A stretch of DNA of 64,000 nt from Escherichia coli (GTDB taxonomy: Bacteria; Pseudomonadota; Gammaproteobacteria; Enterobacterales; Enterobacteriaceae). The DNA lies in the NCBI RefSeq assembly GCF_003991155.1, contig NZ_CP031295.1, one strand, 5' to 3'. This document shows, piece after piece, positions 42,478 to 52,759 of the stretch. The notes beneath the pieces are model-generated. The model made no database searches. It had not been told where the DNA came from and saw only the letters and a list, made by a program, of their open reading frames with translations. The position numbers were made by a program, and so were the translations under genes. Position 1 is the first letter of the stretch, and the number at the start of each line of letters is the position of its first letter.

Positions 42478-42989
42478 AACAGATTTCTTTCTTTATTCCT
42501 CTGCTGGGGACCTTATTACTTTCCGGCTGTGCCGGAACCAGTACGGAATTTGAGTGTAACGCCACCACATCCGATACCTGTATGACGATGGAGCAGGCCA
42601 ATGAGAAGGCCAAAAAACTGGAGCAGTCCTCAGAAGCAAAGCCGGTTGCGGCATCACTGCCGCGCCTGGCTGAAGGGAACTTCCGGACAATGCCGGTGCA
42701 GACCGTCACCGCGACCACTCCGTCCGGCAGCAGACCTGCGGTGACAGCACATCCGGAGCAGAAACTGCTGGCACCTCGCCCGCTGTTTACCGCTGCCCGG
42801 GAAGTGAAAACGGTTGTTCCGGTCAGTTCAGTTACGCCGGTAACACCTCCTCGTCCGCTAAGAACGGGTGAGCAGACGGCAGCATTATGGATAGCGCCTT
42901 ATATTGATAACCAGGATGTTTATCATCAGCCATCCAGCGTGTTTTTTGTTATTAAACCGTCTGCGTGGGGAAAACCACGTATTAATTAA
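42474..42989 (+). CDS. traV: Outer-membrane lipoprotein TraV
   Basis: 171-aa ORF with lipobox LLSGC. Confidence 0.88.
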   Translation: MKQISFFIPLLGTLLLSGCAGTSTEFECNATTSDTCMTMEQANEKAKKLEQSSEAKPVAASLPRLAEGNFRTMPVQTVTATTPSGSRPAVTAHPEQKLLAPRPLFTAAREVKTVVPVSSVTPVTPPRPLRTGEQTAALWIAPYIDNQDVYHQPSSVFFVIKPSAWGKPRIN

Positions 42990-43123
42990 CTGGCCCTGAA
43001 GTTGTATATCAGCCGGCAATGCCGGCGGGCTTTCTGTATTCAAAATCTGCCTGTAAAACGAGTGCCCTGTGCGTGAAAAGGGATGGGCGGTAGCGTGTCA
43101 GAACATGTCGGGAGGAATATTCC

Positions 43124-43345
43124 GTGAGTGATGAAGCCGATGAAGCATATTCAGTGACAGAACAACTGACCATGACAGGAATAAACCGGATACGCCAGAA
43201 AATAAATGCTCATGGTATTCCTGTTTATCTCTGTGAAGCATGCGGAAATCCTATTCCGGAAGCCCGGCGGAAAATATTTCCCGGTGTGACGTTGTGCGTT
43301 GAATGTCAGGCGTATCAGGAAAGACAGAGAAAACATTATGCATAA
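43124..43345 (+). CDS. traR: TraR (DksA/TraR C4 zinc-finger family)
   Basis: 73-aa ORF with CEACGNPIPEARRKIFPGVTLCVECQ. Confidence 0.85.
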   Translation: MSDEADEAYSVTEQLTMTGINRIRQKINAHGIPVYLCEACGNPIPEARRKIFPGVTLCVECQAYQERQRKHYA

Positions 43346-43504
43346 GTCAGTCGCAGAACATAGTGATTTAATTCCGGATGAACATGAGTGGATATTCAGA
43401 AAACAGAAATCTTTGTATATGCGCCGGGAAATGGCGCGTTAATTACAGGTATTCCCTTCATGGCTACCGCATTTCTCGCTTTATTTTTCAACTAAGGAAT
43501 TCAT

Positions 43505-46089
43505 GTGAATAACCCACTTGAGGCCGTCACTCAGGCGGTTAACTCCCTCGTCACAGCACTGAAACTGCCTGACGAATCCGCAAAGGCCAATGAAGTTCTG
43601 GGCGAAATGAGCTTCCCGCAGTTCAGCCGTCTGCTGCCGTACCGTGATTACAACCAGGAATCCGGTCTGTTCATGAATGACACCACGATGGGCTTTATGC
43701 TGGAAGCCATCCCCATCAATGGGGCGAATGAGTCCATTGTGGAGGCCCTCGATCACATGCTGCGCACCAAACTGCCGCGCGGTATTCCGTTGTGTATCCA
43801 TCTGATGTCCAGTCAGCTGGTTGGTGACAGGATTGAATACGGGCTGCGTGAGTTCTCTGGTCAGGTGAACAGGCTGAACGGTTTAACGCCATTACCCGGG
43901 CCTATTATATGAAAGCGGCAGCGACACAGTTTCCGCTGCCGGAGGATGAATCTGCCCGACCCTGCGCCATTACCGGTGTTTATCTCGTACTGTTCTCCTC
44001 GAAGAAAAAAGCCGGGCCGACATTCTGGAAATGGAAAACCGGTGAAAATCATCCGGGCGTCGTTACAGGGGCCAGTATCACCACACAGACGGTGGATGCA
44101 CAGGCCTTTATCGATATTGTCGGGGAGATGATTAACCATAACCCGGACTCCTGTACCCGAAAAGACGTCAGCTGGACCCGTATTCTGATCTGAATTATCA
44201 GTGTGTGGAGGACAGTTTTGATCTGAAAGTCCGGGCTGATTACCTGACGCTGGGCCTGCGTGAGAACGGCAGGAACAGCACGGCCCGCATCCTGAATTTC
44301 CATCTGGCCCGTAACCCGGAAATCGCCTTCCTGTGGAACATGGCCGACAACTACAGCAACCTGCTGAACCCGGAACTGTCCATCTCCTGTCCGTTCATCC
44401 TGACGCTGACTCTGGTGGTGGAAGACCGGTGAAACCCACAGCGAAGCCAACCTGAAGTACATGGACTCGAGAAAAGTCGAAGACCTCCTATGCCAAATGG
44501 TTTCCGTCCGTGGAGAAAGAGGCGAAGGAGTGGGGAACTGCGTCAGCGGCTGGGCTCCGGTCAGTCCTCTGTCGTGTCCTACTTCCTCAACATCACAGCA
44601 TTCTGCAAGGACAATAATGAAACGGCGCTGGAAGTGGAGCAGGACATCCTGAACAGCTTCCGTAAAACGGTTTTGAGCTGATTTCACCGCGCTTTAACCA
44701 CATGCGCAATTTCCTGACCTGCCTTCCCTTTATGGCCGGGAAAGGGCTGTTTAAACAGCTGAAAGAGGCCGGTGTGGTTCAGCGCGCAGAGAGCTTTAAT
44801 GTGGCCAACCTGATGCCGTTAGTGGCGGATAACCCCGACACCGGCAGGTCTGCTGGCACCCACCTACCGTAACCAGCTGGCGTTTATCGATATTTTCTTC
44901 CGGGGATGAATAACACCAACTACAACATGGCGGTCTGTGGCACCTCCGGCCGGTAAAACCGGGCTGATACAGCCACTTATCCGCAGCGTGCTGGACTCCG
45001 GGGCTTTGCCGTGGTGTTTGACATGGGGATGGATATAAGTCCCTGTGTGAGAACATGGGCGGGTGTATCTGGACGGTGAAACCCTGCGTTTTAACCCGTT
45101 TGCGAACATCACCGATATTGACCAGTCAGCGGAGCGTGTCCGTGACCAGTTGTCGGTGATGGCCAGCCCCAACGGTAACCGGATGAAGTGCATGAAGGTC
45201 TGCTGCTGCAGGCGGTCAGGCCTCTCTGGCTAAAAAGAACACAGGCGCGCATCGATGATGGTGGATTTCCTGAAAACGCCCGTGATAACGACCAGTATGC
45301 GAGTCACCGACCATCCGCAGCCGTCTGGATGAAATGATTGTCCTGCTGGATCATATACGCCGGCGGCACTTACGGCCAGTATTTTAACTCTGATGAGCCG
45401 TCCCTGCGGGATGACGCAAAAATGGTGGTGCTGGAGCTGGGCGGACTGGAAGACCGTCCGTCACTGCTGGTTGCGGTGATGTTCTCCCTGATTATCTACA
45501 TCGAGAACAGGATGTACCGCACGCCGCGTAACCTCAAGAAACTGAACGTTATTGATGAAGGCTGGCGTCTGCTGGACTTCAAAAATCACAAGGTCGGTGA
45601 ATTTATTGAGAAAGGCTACCGTACGGCCCGCCGTCATACCGGTGCCTATATCACCATCACACAGAACATCGTCGACTTTGACTCTGATAAGGCCTCCAGT
45701 GCTGCCCGCGCGGCATGGGGTAACTCCTCCTACAAAATTATCCTCAAACAGAGTGCGAAGGAGTTCGCGAAATACAACCAGCTGTATCCGGACCAGTTCC
45801 TGCCACTGCAGCGTGACATGATTGGTAAGTTCGGTGCGGCCAAAGATCAGTGGTTCAGTTCCTGCTGCAGGTGGAAAACCATTCCCCGCACCGTCTGTTT
45901 GTGGACCCGTTAAGCCGCGCCATGTACAGCTCTGACGGCCCGGATTTTGAGTTTGTGCAGCAGAAGCGTAAAGAGGGGCTGAGTATTCATGAGGCGGTAT
46001 GGCAGCTGGCGTGGAAGAAGTCAGGGCCGGAGATGGCTTCGCTGGAAGCCCGGCTGGAAGAACATGAGAAATACAGGAGTGTGGCATGA
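43505..46089 (+). pseudogene. traC: T4SS ATPase TraC (VirB4-like), reading frame broken by many small indels (pseudogene or sequence errors)
   Basis: TraC-like translation recoverable only by hopping between frames (ORFs 43505..43912, 43909..44193, 44205..44432, 44490..44681, 45338..45913, 45850..46089); Walker A region appears as GGCACCTCCGGCCGGTAAAACC (GTSG-shift-KT). Confidence 0.8.
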
Positions 46090-46467
46090 GTTCAACGCAG
46101 AAACCCGCCGACGTCACGGCAGAACAACGCATCCACTGGTGGTGGATGGTGCCGGATGCCCGGCAATGGTGTTACTGAACGCAGCCGTCAGTTACGGCAT
46201 TGTCAGACTGAACGCACCGGTGACTGTCGCCTTCAACATGAAACAGACCGTGGATGCGTTTTTGACAGCGCCAGTCAGAAACAACTGTCAGAAGCACAGT
46301 CAAAAGCCCTTTCAGCGCGTTTAACACGGCACTGGAAGCCAGCCTGCAGGCGTGGCAGCAGAAACACCACGCGGTCATTCTGGTGTCGCCTGCTGTGGTA
46401 CAGGGGCACCGGATATCACCGGGAAATCCAGCAGGATATTGCCCGGCGAATGAGGGCGGAACCATGA
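46086..46467 (+). pseudogene. trbI: TrbI, frameshifted
   Basis: MSSTQKPADVTAEQRIHWWWM... start overlapping traC stop, then frame lost; C-terminus ...QQDIARRMRAEP in another frame. Confidence 0.6.
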
Positions 46468-47082
46468 GATGCCGGGGCTGATTGCCCTGCTGATATGGGG
46501 CAGAGGCCGCCGCCGATCTTGGTACCTGGGGCGATCTGTGGCCGGTAAAGGAGCCGGACATGCTGACGGTGATCATGCAGCGCCTGACGGCACTGGAGCA
46601 GTCCGGTGAGATGGGCCGGAAAATGGATGCCTTTAAGGAGCGGGTGATCCGCAACAGTCTGCGGCCCCTGCCGTGCCCGGTATCGGACGCACGGAGAAAT
46701 ACGGCAGCCGGTTGTTTGACCCGTCCGTCAGACTGGCTGCGGATATCCGGGATAACGAAGGGCGGGTGTTTGCCCGTCAGGGTGAAGTGATGAATCCGCT
46801 GCAGTATGTTCCTTTAACCAGACGCTGTATTTCATCAATGGCGATGATCCGGCGCAGGTGGCCCGATGAAACGCCAGACGCCGCCCACACTGGAGAGCAA
46901 AATTATCCTCGTGCAGGGCAGTATCCGGAGATGCAGAAAGCGCTGGACAGCCGTATTTACTTTGACCAGAACGGTGTGCTCTGCCAGCGCCTCGGCATTG
47001 ATCAGGTCCCGGCACGGGTGCGCCGTTCCCGGCGATCGCTTCCTGAAGGTGGAATTTATTCCGGCAGGAGGGCAGAAAATGA
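46464..47082 (+). pseudogene. traW: TraW, frameshifted
   Basis: ATGAGATGCCGGGGCTGA at start (stop after 5 codons), remainder readable in shifted frames (…DLWPVKEPDMLTVIMQRLTALEQSGEMGRKMDAFKERVIRNSLRP… ; …GIGRTEKYGSRLFDPSVRLAADIRDNEGRVFARQGEVMNPLQYVP…). Confidence 0.65.
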
Positions 47083-48063
47083 AGCGAGGCCTGTGGCTGC
47101 TGATGTTCTTCCTTTCGCCGGTCATGTCCCTGCGGCGTCTGCGGATTCTGCCTGTGAGGGGCGTTTTGTAAACCCGATCACGGATATCTGCTGGAGCTGT
47201 ATTTTCCCGCCTCGCTGGGCAGTATCAAAGTCAGTCAGGTAAGGTCCCCGACACGGCGAACCCGTCGATGCCCATTCAGATTTGTCCGGCACCGCCGCCG
47301 CTGTTCAGGCGTATCGGGCTGGCCATTGGTTACTGGGAGCCGATGGCGCTGACGGACGTCACCCGGTCACCGGGATGCATGGTTAACTGGGCTTCAGCCT
47401 GCCGGCTTTGGTAAAACGGCACAGGAACGGCGAAAAGGATGAGAAGCAGGTGAACGGGCGTTCTATCACGTTCACTGGTACAAATACCCGCTGACGTACT
47501 GGCTGAACATCATCACATCGCTGGGCTGTCTGGAAGGTGGTGACCTGGATATCGCTTATCTTTCTGAAATTGACCCCACCTGGACGGACAGCAGCCTGAC
47601 CACCATTCTCAATCCGGAAGCTGTCATCTTTGCCAATCCGATAGCACAGGGGGCCTGTGCAGCAGATGCCATTGCCAGCGCCTTTAATATGCCTCTCGAT
47701 GTTCTGTTCTGGTGTGCCGGTTCGCAGGGCAGTATGTACCCGTTCAATGGCTGGGTGAGTAATGAGTCCAGTCCGTTGCAGTCCTCCCTGCTGGTCAGTG
47801 AACGCATGGCGTTCAAGCTGCACCGTCAGGGCATGATTATGGAAACCATCGGGAAAAATAACGCCGTCTGTAATGAATATCCGTCCCCAATCCTGCCCAA
47901 AGAACGCTGGCGTTACCAGATGGTGAATATGTACCCGGACAGCAGACAGTGCCACCCGTTCGGGCGCAGTGTGACCCGCTGGGAAACCGGGAAAAATCCG
48001 CCCAATACAAAGAAAAACTTCGGCTACCTGATGTGGCGTAAACGTAACTGTGTCTTCCTGTGA
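47079..48063 (+). pseudogene. traU: TraU, N-terminal two thirds frameshifted, C-terminal 124 codons in frame
   Basis: MKRGLWLLMFFLSPVMSLRRLRILP... then frame lost; intact tail ORF 47689..48063; 985 nt total is not a multiple of 3. Confidence 0.65.
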
Positions 48064-48068
48064 GGTGA

Positions 48069-48710
48069 ATGATGAAGCTGAGTATGAAATCTCTGGCAGC
48101 ACTGCTGATGATGCTGAACGGGGCGGTTATGGCGTCAGAAAACGTGAACACTCCTGAAAACCGCCAGTTCCTGAAGCAGCAGGAAAATTTAAGCAGACAA
48201 CTGCGTGAAAAACCTGACCATCAGCTGAAAGCCTGGGCGGAGAAGCAGGTGCTGGAAAACCCCCTTCAGCGTTCAGATAACCATTTCCTGGATGAGCTGG
48301 TTCGTAAACAGCAGGCTTCGCAGGACGGGAAACCCCGGCAGGGTGCTCTGTATTTTGTGTCGTTTTCCATTCCCGAAGAGGGGCTGAAACGAATGCTGGG
48401 CGAAACCCGGCACTACGGTATTCCGGCCACACTGCGGGGCATGGTGAACAATGACCTGAAGACCACCGCTGAAGCTGTGTTGTCCCTGGTGAAAGACGGA
48501 GCGACTGATGGTGTTCAGATCGACCCGACGCTGTTTTCACAGTACGGCATTCGCACTGTACCGGCACTGGTGGTGTTCTGCAGTCATGGATACGACATCA
48601 TCCGGGGAAACCTGCGGGTCGGCCAGGCGCTGGAGAAAGTGGCCGCCACGGGTGACTGCCGGCAGGTGGCTCATGATTTACTGGCAGGGAAAGGAGATTC
48701 CGGGAAATGA
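48069..48710 (+). CDS. trbC: TrbC
   Basis: 213-aa ORF with signal peptide. Confidence 0.85.
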   Translation: MMKLSMKSLAALLMMLNGAVMASENVNTPENRQFLKQQENLSRQLREKPDHQLKAWAEKQVLENPLQRSDNHFLDELVRKQQASQDGKPRQGALYFVSFSIPEEGLKRMLGETRHYGIPATLRGMVNNDLKTTAEAVLSLVKDGATDGVQIDPTLFSQYGIRTVPALVVFCSHGYDIIRGNLRVGQALEKVAATGDCRQVAHDLLAGKGDSGK

Positions 48711-50515
48711 AACGTATTTTACCTCTGATACTGGCTCTGGTTGCCGGCATGGCACAGGCTGACAGCAACAGTGATTACCGGGCCGGCTCTGATTTTGCTC
48801 ACCAGATCAAAGGACAGGGAAGCAGCAGTATTCAGGGCTTTAAGCCACAGGAGAGTATCCCCGGCTATAACGCGAATCCGGACGAGACAAAATATTACGG
48901 TGGCGTGACTGCCGGCGGGGATGGCGGCCTGAAAAATGACGGCACCACGGAATGGGCGACCGGTGAAACCGGAAAAACCATCACAGAGTCATTCATGAAC
49001 AAGCCGAAAGACATTCTTTCACCGGATGCACCGTTTATCCAGACCGGCAGGGATGTGGTGAACCGGGCTGACAGCATTGTGGGAAACACCGGGCAGCAGT
49101 GCAGTGCGCAGGAGATTAGCCGGAGTGAATACACGAATTACACCTGTGAGCGGGATTTACAGGTGGAGCAGTACTGCACACGAACTGCCCGTATGGAGCT
49201 GCAGGGGAGTACCACATGGGAAACCCGGACGCTGGAGTATGAAATGAGTCAGCTACCTGCACGTGAAGTGAATGGTCAGTATGTTGTCTCCATTACCTCT
49301 CCCGTTACCGGTGAAATTGTCGATGCGCATTACAGCTGGAGTCGTACTTACCTGCAGAAGAGTGTACCTATGACAATTACAGTACTGGGAACCCCACTGA
49401 GCTGGAATGCCAAATACTCAGCAGATGCCTCATTTACACCAGTACAGAAAACACTGACTGCCGGTGTTGCTTTTACGTCATCTCACCCCGTCCGGGTCGG
49501 GAATACAAAATTCAGACGTCATACGGCAATGAAGCTGCGTCTGGTTGTCAGGGTAAAAAAAGCCTCGTACACCCCGTATGTTGTCTGGTCTGAAAGCTGC
49601 CCGTTCAGCAAGGAGCTGGGGAAACTGACAAAAACAGAATGTACGGAGGCTGGCGGGAACAGGACGCTGGTGAAAGATGGTCAGTCATACAGCATGTACC
49701 AGAGCTGCTGGGCATACCGGGACACGTATGTCACGCAGTCAGCAGACAAGGGAACCTGTCAGACCTACACCGACAATCCTGCCTGTACCCTGGTGTCACA
49801 CCAGTGCGCCTTTTACTCCGAAGAAGGTGCCTGTCTGCATGAATATGCCACCTACTCCTGCGAGTCAAAAACATCAGGGAAAGTGATGGTCTGTGGGGGA
49901 GACGTCTTCTGTCTCGATGGCGAATGCGATAAGGCTCAGAGCGGGCAGAGTAATGATTTTGCCGAAGCCGTTTCTCAGCTGGCGGCACTGGCCGCAGCAG
50001 GTAAGGATGTTGCGGCGCTGAACGGGGTGGATGTCCGTGCTTTCACCGGTCAGGCGAAATTTTGTAAGAAGGCTGCAGCCGGATACAGCAACTGCTGTAA
50101 GGACAGCGGCTGGGGACAGGATATCGGGCTGGCCAAATGCAGCAGTGATGAAAAGGCCCTGGCTAAAGCAAAATCAAACAAACTGACCGTCAGTGTCGGA
50201 GAGTTCTGTTCGAAGAAAGTGCTGGGTGTCTGCCTGGAGAAAAAACGCAGTTACTGTCAGTTTGATTCGAAGCTGGCGCAGATAGTCCAGCAGCAGGGGC
50301 GCAACGGACAGCTGCGTATCAGTTTTGGCAGTGCGAAGCATCCTGACTGTCGGGGGATTACGGTTGATGAGCTGCAGAAAATTCAGTTCGACAGACTGGA
50401 TTTCACTAACTTCTACGAAGACCTGATGAATAACCAGAAAATCCCGGACAGTGGCGTTCTGACGCAGAAAGTGAAAGAGCAGATTGCTGACCAGCTGAAA
50501 CAGGCAGGACAGTAA
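48707..50515 (+). CDS. traN: Mating-pair stabilisation outer-membrane protein TraN
   Basis: 602-aa cysteine-rich ORF with signal peptide. Confidence 0.9.
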   Translation: MKRILPLILALVAGMAQADSNSDYRAGSDFAHQIKGQGSSSIQGFKPQESIPGYNANPDETKYYGGVTAGGDGGLKNDGTTEWATGETGKTITESFMNKPKDILSPDAPFIQTGRDVVNRADSIVGNTGQQCSAQEISRSEYTNYTCERDLQVEQYCTRTARMELQGSTTWETRTLEYEMSQLPAREVNGQYVVSITSPVTGEIVDAHYSWSRTYLQKSVPMTITVLGTPLSWNAKYSADASFTPVQKTLTAGVAFTSSHPVRVGNTKFRRHTAMKLRLVVRVKKASYTPYVVWSESCPFSKELGKLTKTECTEAGGNRTLVKDGQSYSMYQSCWAYRDTYVTQSADKGTCQTYTDNPACTLVSHQCAFYSEEGACLHEYATYSCESKTSGKVMVCGGDVFCLDGECDKAQSGQSNDFAEAVSQLAALAAAGKDVAALNGVDVRAFTGQAKFCKKAAAGYSNCCKDSGWGQDIGLAKCSSDEKALAKAKSNKLTVSVGEFCSKKVLGVCLEKKRSYCQFDSKLAQIVQQQGRNGQLRISFGSAKHPDCRGITVDELQKIQFDRLDFTNFYEDLMNNQKIPDSGVLTQKVKEQIADQLKQAGQ

Positions 50516-50538
50516 GGTAGGGAAAATAACCGGGGGAA

Positions 50539-50802
50539 ATGATGAAGGTCATATTCACTTCTAATCGTCTTGTTGATTTTCTTATCCGGCTTTTGATTAC
50601 AGCGATTGTCATTTCCCCGGTAATTATCTGGTCGTGGGATACGGTAAAAGAAACCACTGCAGGTGAGATGCTTGCTGCCTGTTTTGTTATTTTTTACTCC
50701 GGTGTGCTCCTGTTTATTCTGTATTTTTGTTTTTCTGCCCTGACTGACCTGCAGAAACCTGATGATGAAAGAAAAAGTGATGAAAGGAATGAAGATGAAT
50801 AA
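50539..50802 (+). CDS. trbE: TrbE
   Basis: 87-aa membrane ORF. Confidence 0.7.
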   Translation: MMKVIFTSNRLVDFLIRLLITAIVISPVIIWSWDTVKETTAGEMLAACFVIFYSGVLLFILYFCFSALTDLQKPDDERKSDERNEDE

Positions 50803-51538
50803 AGCATTACTGCCACTGTTACTCTGCTGCTTTATTTTTCCGGCGTCAGGAAAAGATGCAGGCTGGCAGTGGTATAACGAGAAAATAAATCCGAAGGAAA
50901 AAGAAAATAAACCAGTACCTGCAGCCCCCCGTCAGGAGCCGGACATTATGCAGAAACTGGCCGCACTGCAGACGGCAACAAAGCGGGCGCTGTACGAAGC
51001 TATTCTGTATCCCGGCGTGGATAATTTTGTGAAATATTTCCGGCTGCAGAATTACTGGACTCAGCAGGCCGGGCTTTTCACCATGAGCGCCAAAAAAGCC
51101 ATGCTGGCGCATCCCGAACTGGACTATAACCTGCAGTACAGCCATTACAACGGCACGGTCCGGAACCAGCTGGCGGCAGACCAGGTGCAGCAGCGACAGG
51201 CCATTGCGAAACTGGCTGAACACTACGGCATCATGTTCTTTTACCGGGGGCAGGACCCCATCGACGGGCAGCTGGCGCAGGTCATTAATGGCTTCAGGAA
51301 TACCTATGGTCTGAGTGTTATTCCCGTTTCCGTGGATGGCGTGATTAATCCGCTGTTGCCGGATTCCCGGACTGACCAGGGGCAGGCGCAGCGCCTCGGC
51401 GTGAAATATTTCCCGGCCATGATGCTGGTTGACCCGAAACAGGGCAGTGTTCGTCCGTTATCATACGGTTTTATTTCGCAGGACGACCTGGCAAAACAGT
51501 TCCTGAACGTTTCTGAAGATTTTAAACCGAACTTCTGA
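50795..51538 (+). CDS. traF: Thioredoxin-fold pilus assembly protein TraF
   Basis: ORF 50762..51538; start at MNKALLPLLLCCFIFPASG gives 247 aa. Confidence 0.85.
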   Translation: MNKALLPLLLCCFIFPASGKDAGWQWYNEKINPKEKENKPVPAAPRQEPDIMQKLAALQTATKRALYEAILYPGVDNFVKYFRLQNYWTQQAGLFTMSAKKAMLAHPELDYNLQYSHYNGTVRNQLAADQVQQRQAIAKLAEHYGIMFFYRGQDPIDGQLAQVINGFRNTYGLSVIPVSVDGVINPLLPDSRTDQGQAQRLGVKYFPAMMLVDPKQGSVRPLSYGFISQDDLAKQFLNVSEDFKPNF

Positions 51539-51653
51539 ATTACGGATATTTTCCGTTCGTCAGTAAATTCCATTAATTCTGAACCTGATAATAATTCACC
51601 ATTTATTCCGGTAGTCCCTTATTTAATTCTCTGTATGACAGGAGAGTTTTACT

Positions 51654-51935
51654 GTGCATAAATATAAATTCTCTTTACCCCGGCTTGATATTACGGGAAT
51701 GTGGGTATTTTCCCTGGGTGTCTGGTTTCATATCGTCGCCCGTCTTGTTTACAGCAAACCCTGGATGGCTTTTCTTCTGGCGGAGTTGATTGCGGCCATC
51801 CTTGTGCTGTTCGGCGCATACCAGGTGCTGGATGCATGGATTGCCCGTGTCAGCCGGGAAGAGCGTGAGGCACTGGAAGCCAGGCAACAGGCCATGATGG
51901 AAGGGCAGCAGGAGGGCAGACATGTCTCTCATTAA
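51654..51935 (+). CDS. traQ: Pilin chaperone TraQ
   Basis: 93-aa ORF …FSLPRLDITGMWVFSLGVWFHIVARLVYSKPWMAF…; follows traF after only 115 bp, so trbA/artA are absent. Confidence 0.85.
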   Translation: MHKYKFSLPRLDITGMWVFSLGVWFHIVARLVYSKPWMAFLLAELIAAILVLFGAYQVLDAWIARVSREEREALEARQQAMMEGQQEGRHVSH

Positions 51936-52467
51936 ATCACTGTTGTTCACCCTGTTGCTGGCAGCCGCTGCCGTGCAGGCCTCCACCCGGGATGAAATTG
52001 AACGACTCTGGAATCCGCAGGGCATGGCCGCGCAGCCTGCACAACCGGCAGCAGACACATCAGCCAGGACAGAAAAGCCGGCTCCCCGCTGGTTCCGCCT
52101 CAGCAACGGCAGGCAGGTTAACCTGGCCGACTGGAAGGTGGTGCTGTTTATGCAGGGGCATTGCCCTTACTGCCACCAGTTTGACCCGGTACTGAAACAG
52201 CTGGCACAGCAGTACGGCTTTTCCGTTTTTCCCTACACCCTGGATGGTCAGGGGGATAACGCCTTTCCGGAGGCATTGCCGGTGCCACCGGACGTGATGC
52301 AGACCTTCTTCCCGAATATCCCGGTGGCCACACCGACCACCTTCCTGGTCAACGTCAACACGCTTGAGGCATTACCGCTTTTACAGGGGGCAACGGATGC
52401 TGCCGGTTTTATGGCGCGGATGGATACCGTTCTGCAGATGTACGGAGGGAAAAAAGGTGCGAAATAA
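51922..52467 (+). CDS. trbB: Thioredoxin-like disulfide isomerase TrbB
   Basis: 181-aa ORF with signal peptide and CPYC active site. Confidence 0.85.
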   Translation: MSLIKSLLFTLLLAAAAVQASTRDEIERLWNPQGMAAQPAQPAADTSARTEKPAPRWFRLSNGRQVNLADWKVVLFMQGHCPYCHQFDPVLKQLAQQYGFSVFPYTLDGQGDNAFPEALPVPPDVMQTFFPNIPVATPTTFLVNVNTLEALPLLQGATDAAGFMARMDTVLQMYGGKKGAK

Positions 52468-52759
52468 GCAGGTGGTGTTACTCATTGCCGGAATATCCGG
52501 CATCGCGACGGGAATAATCGTCAGCCTGAATATCCCCTTTATCCATCAGGGGCTTTTTTATCCCGCCAGCCCTGTAGAAATTGTCGTTTCGCTGTGCCTT
52601 ACCTTTTCTGTTTCTGTTGTGTTTTTTGTGGGGGCAATTGTGGGATGGATTTCGGTGTCTGAAATATATTACAGCCGCAGGACTGGACGGAAATATCGGG
52701 ATATACCTGCTGAAATGTCGTATGCGCCGGGAGAACAAATTAAGGGAGGGCAAGAATGA
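52457..52759 (+). CDS. trbJ: Small membrane protein in trbJ/trbF position
   Basis: Frame of ORF 52364..52759; likely GTG start 52457 overlapping trbB stop; only one small gene between trbB and traH. Confidence 0.5.
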   Translation: MRNKQVVLLIAGISGIATGIIVSLNIPFIHQGLFYPASPVEIVVSLCLTFSVSVVFFVGAIVGWISVSEIYYSRRTGRKYRDIPAEMSYAPGEQIKGGQE

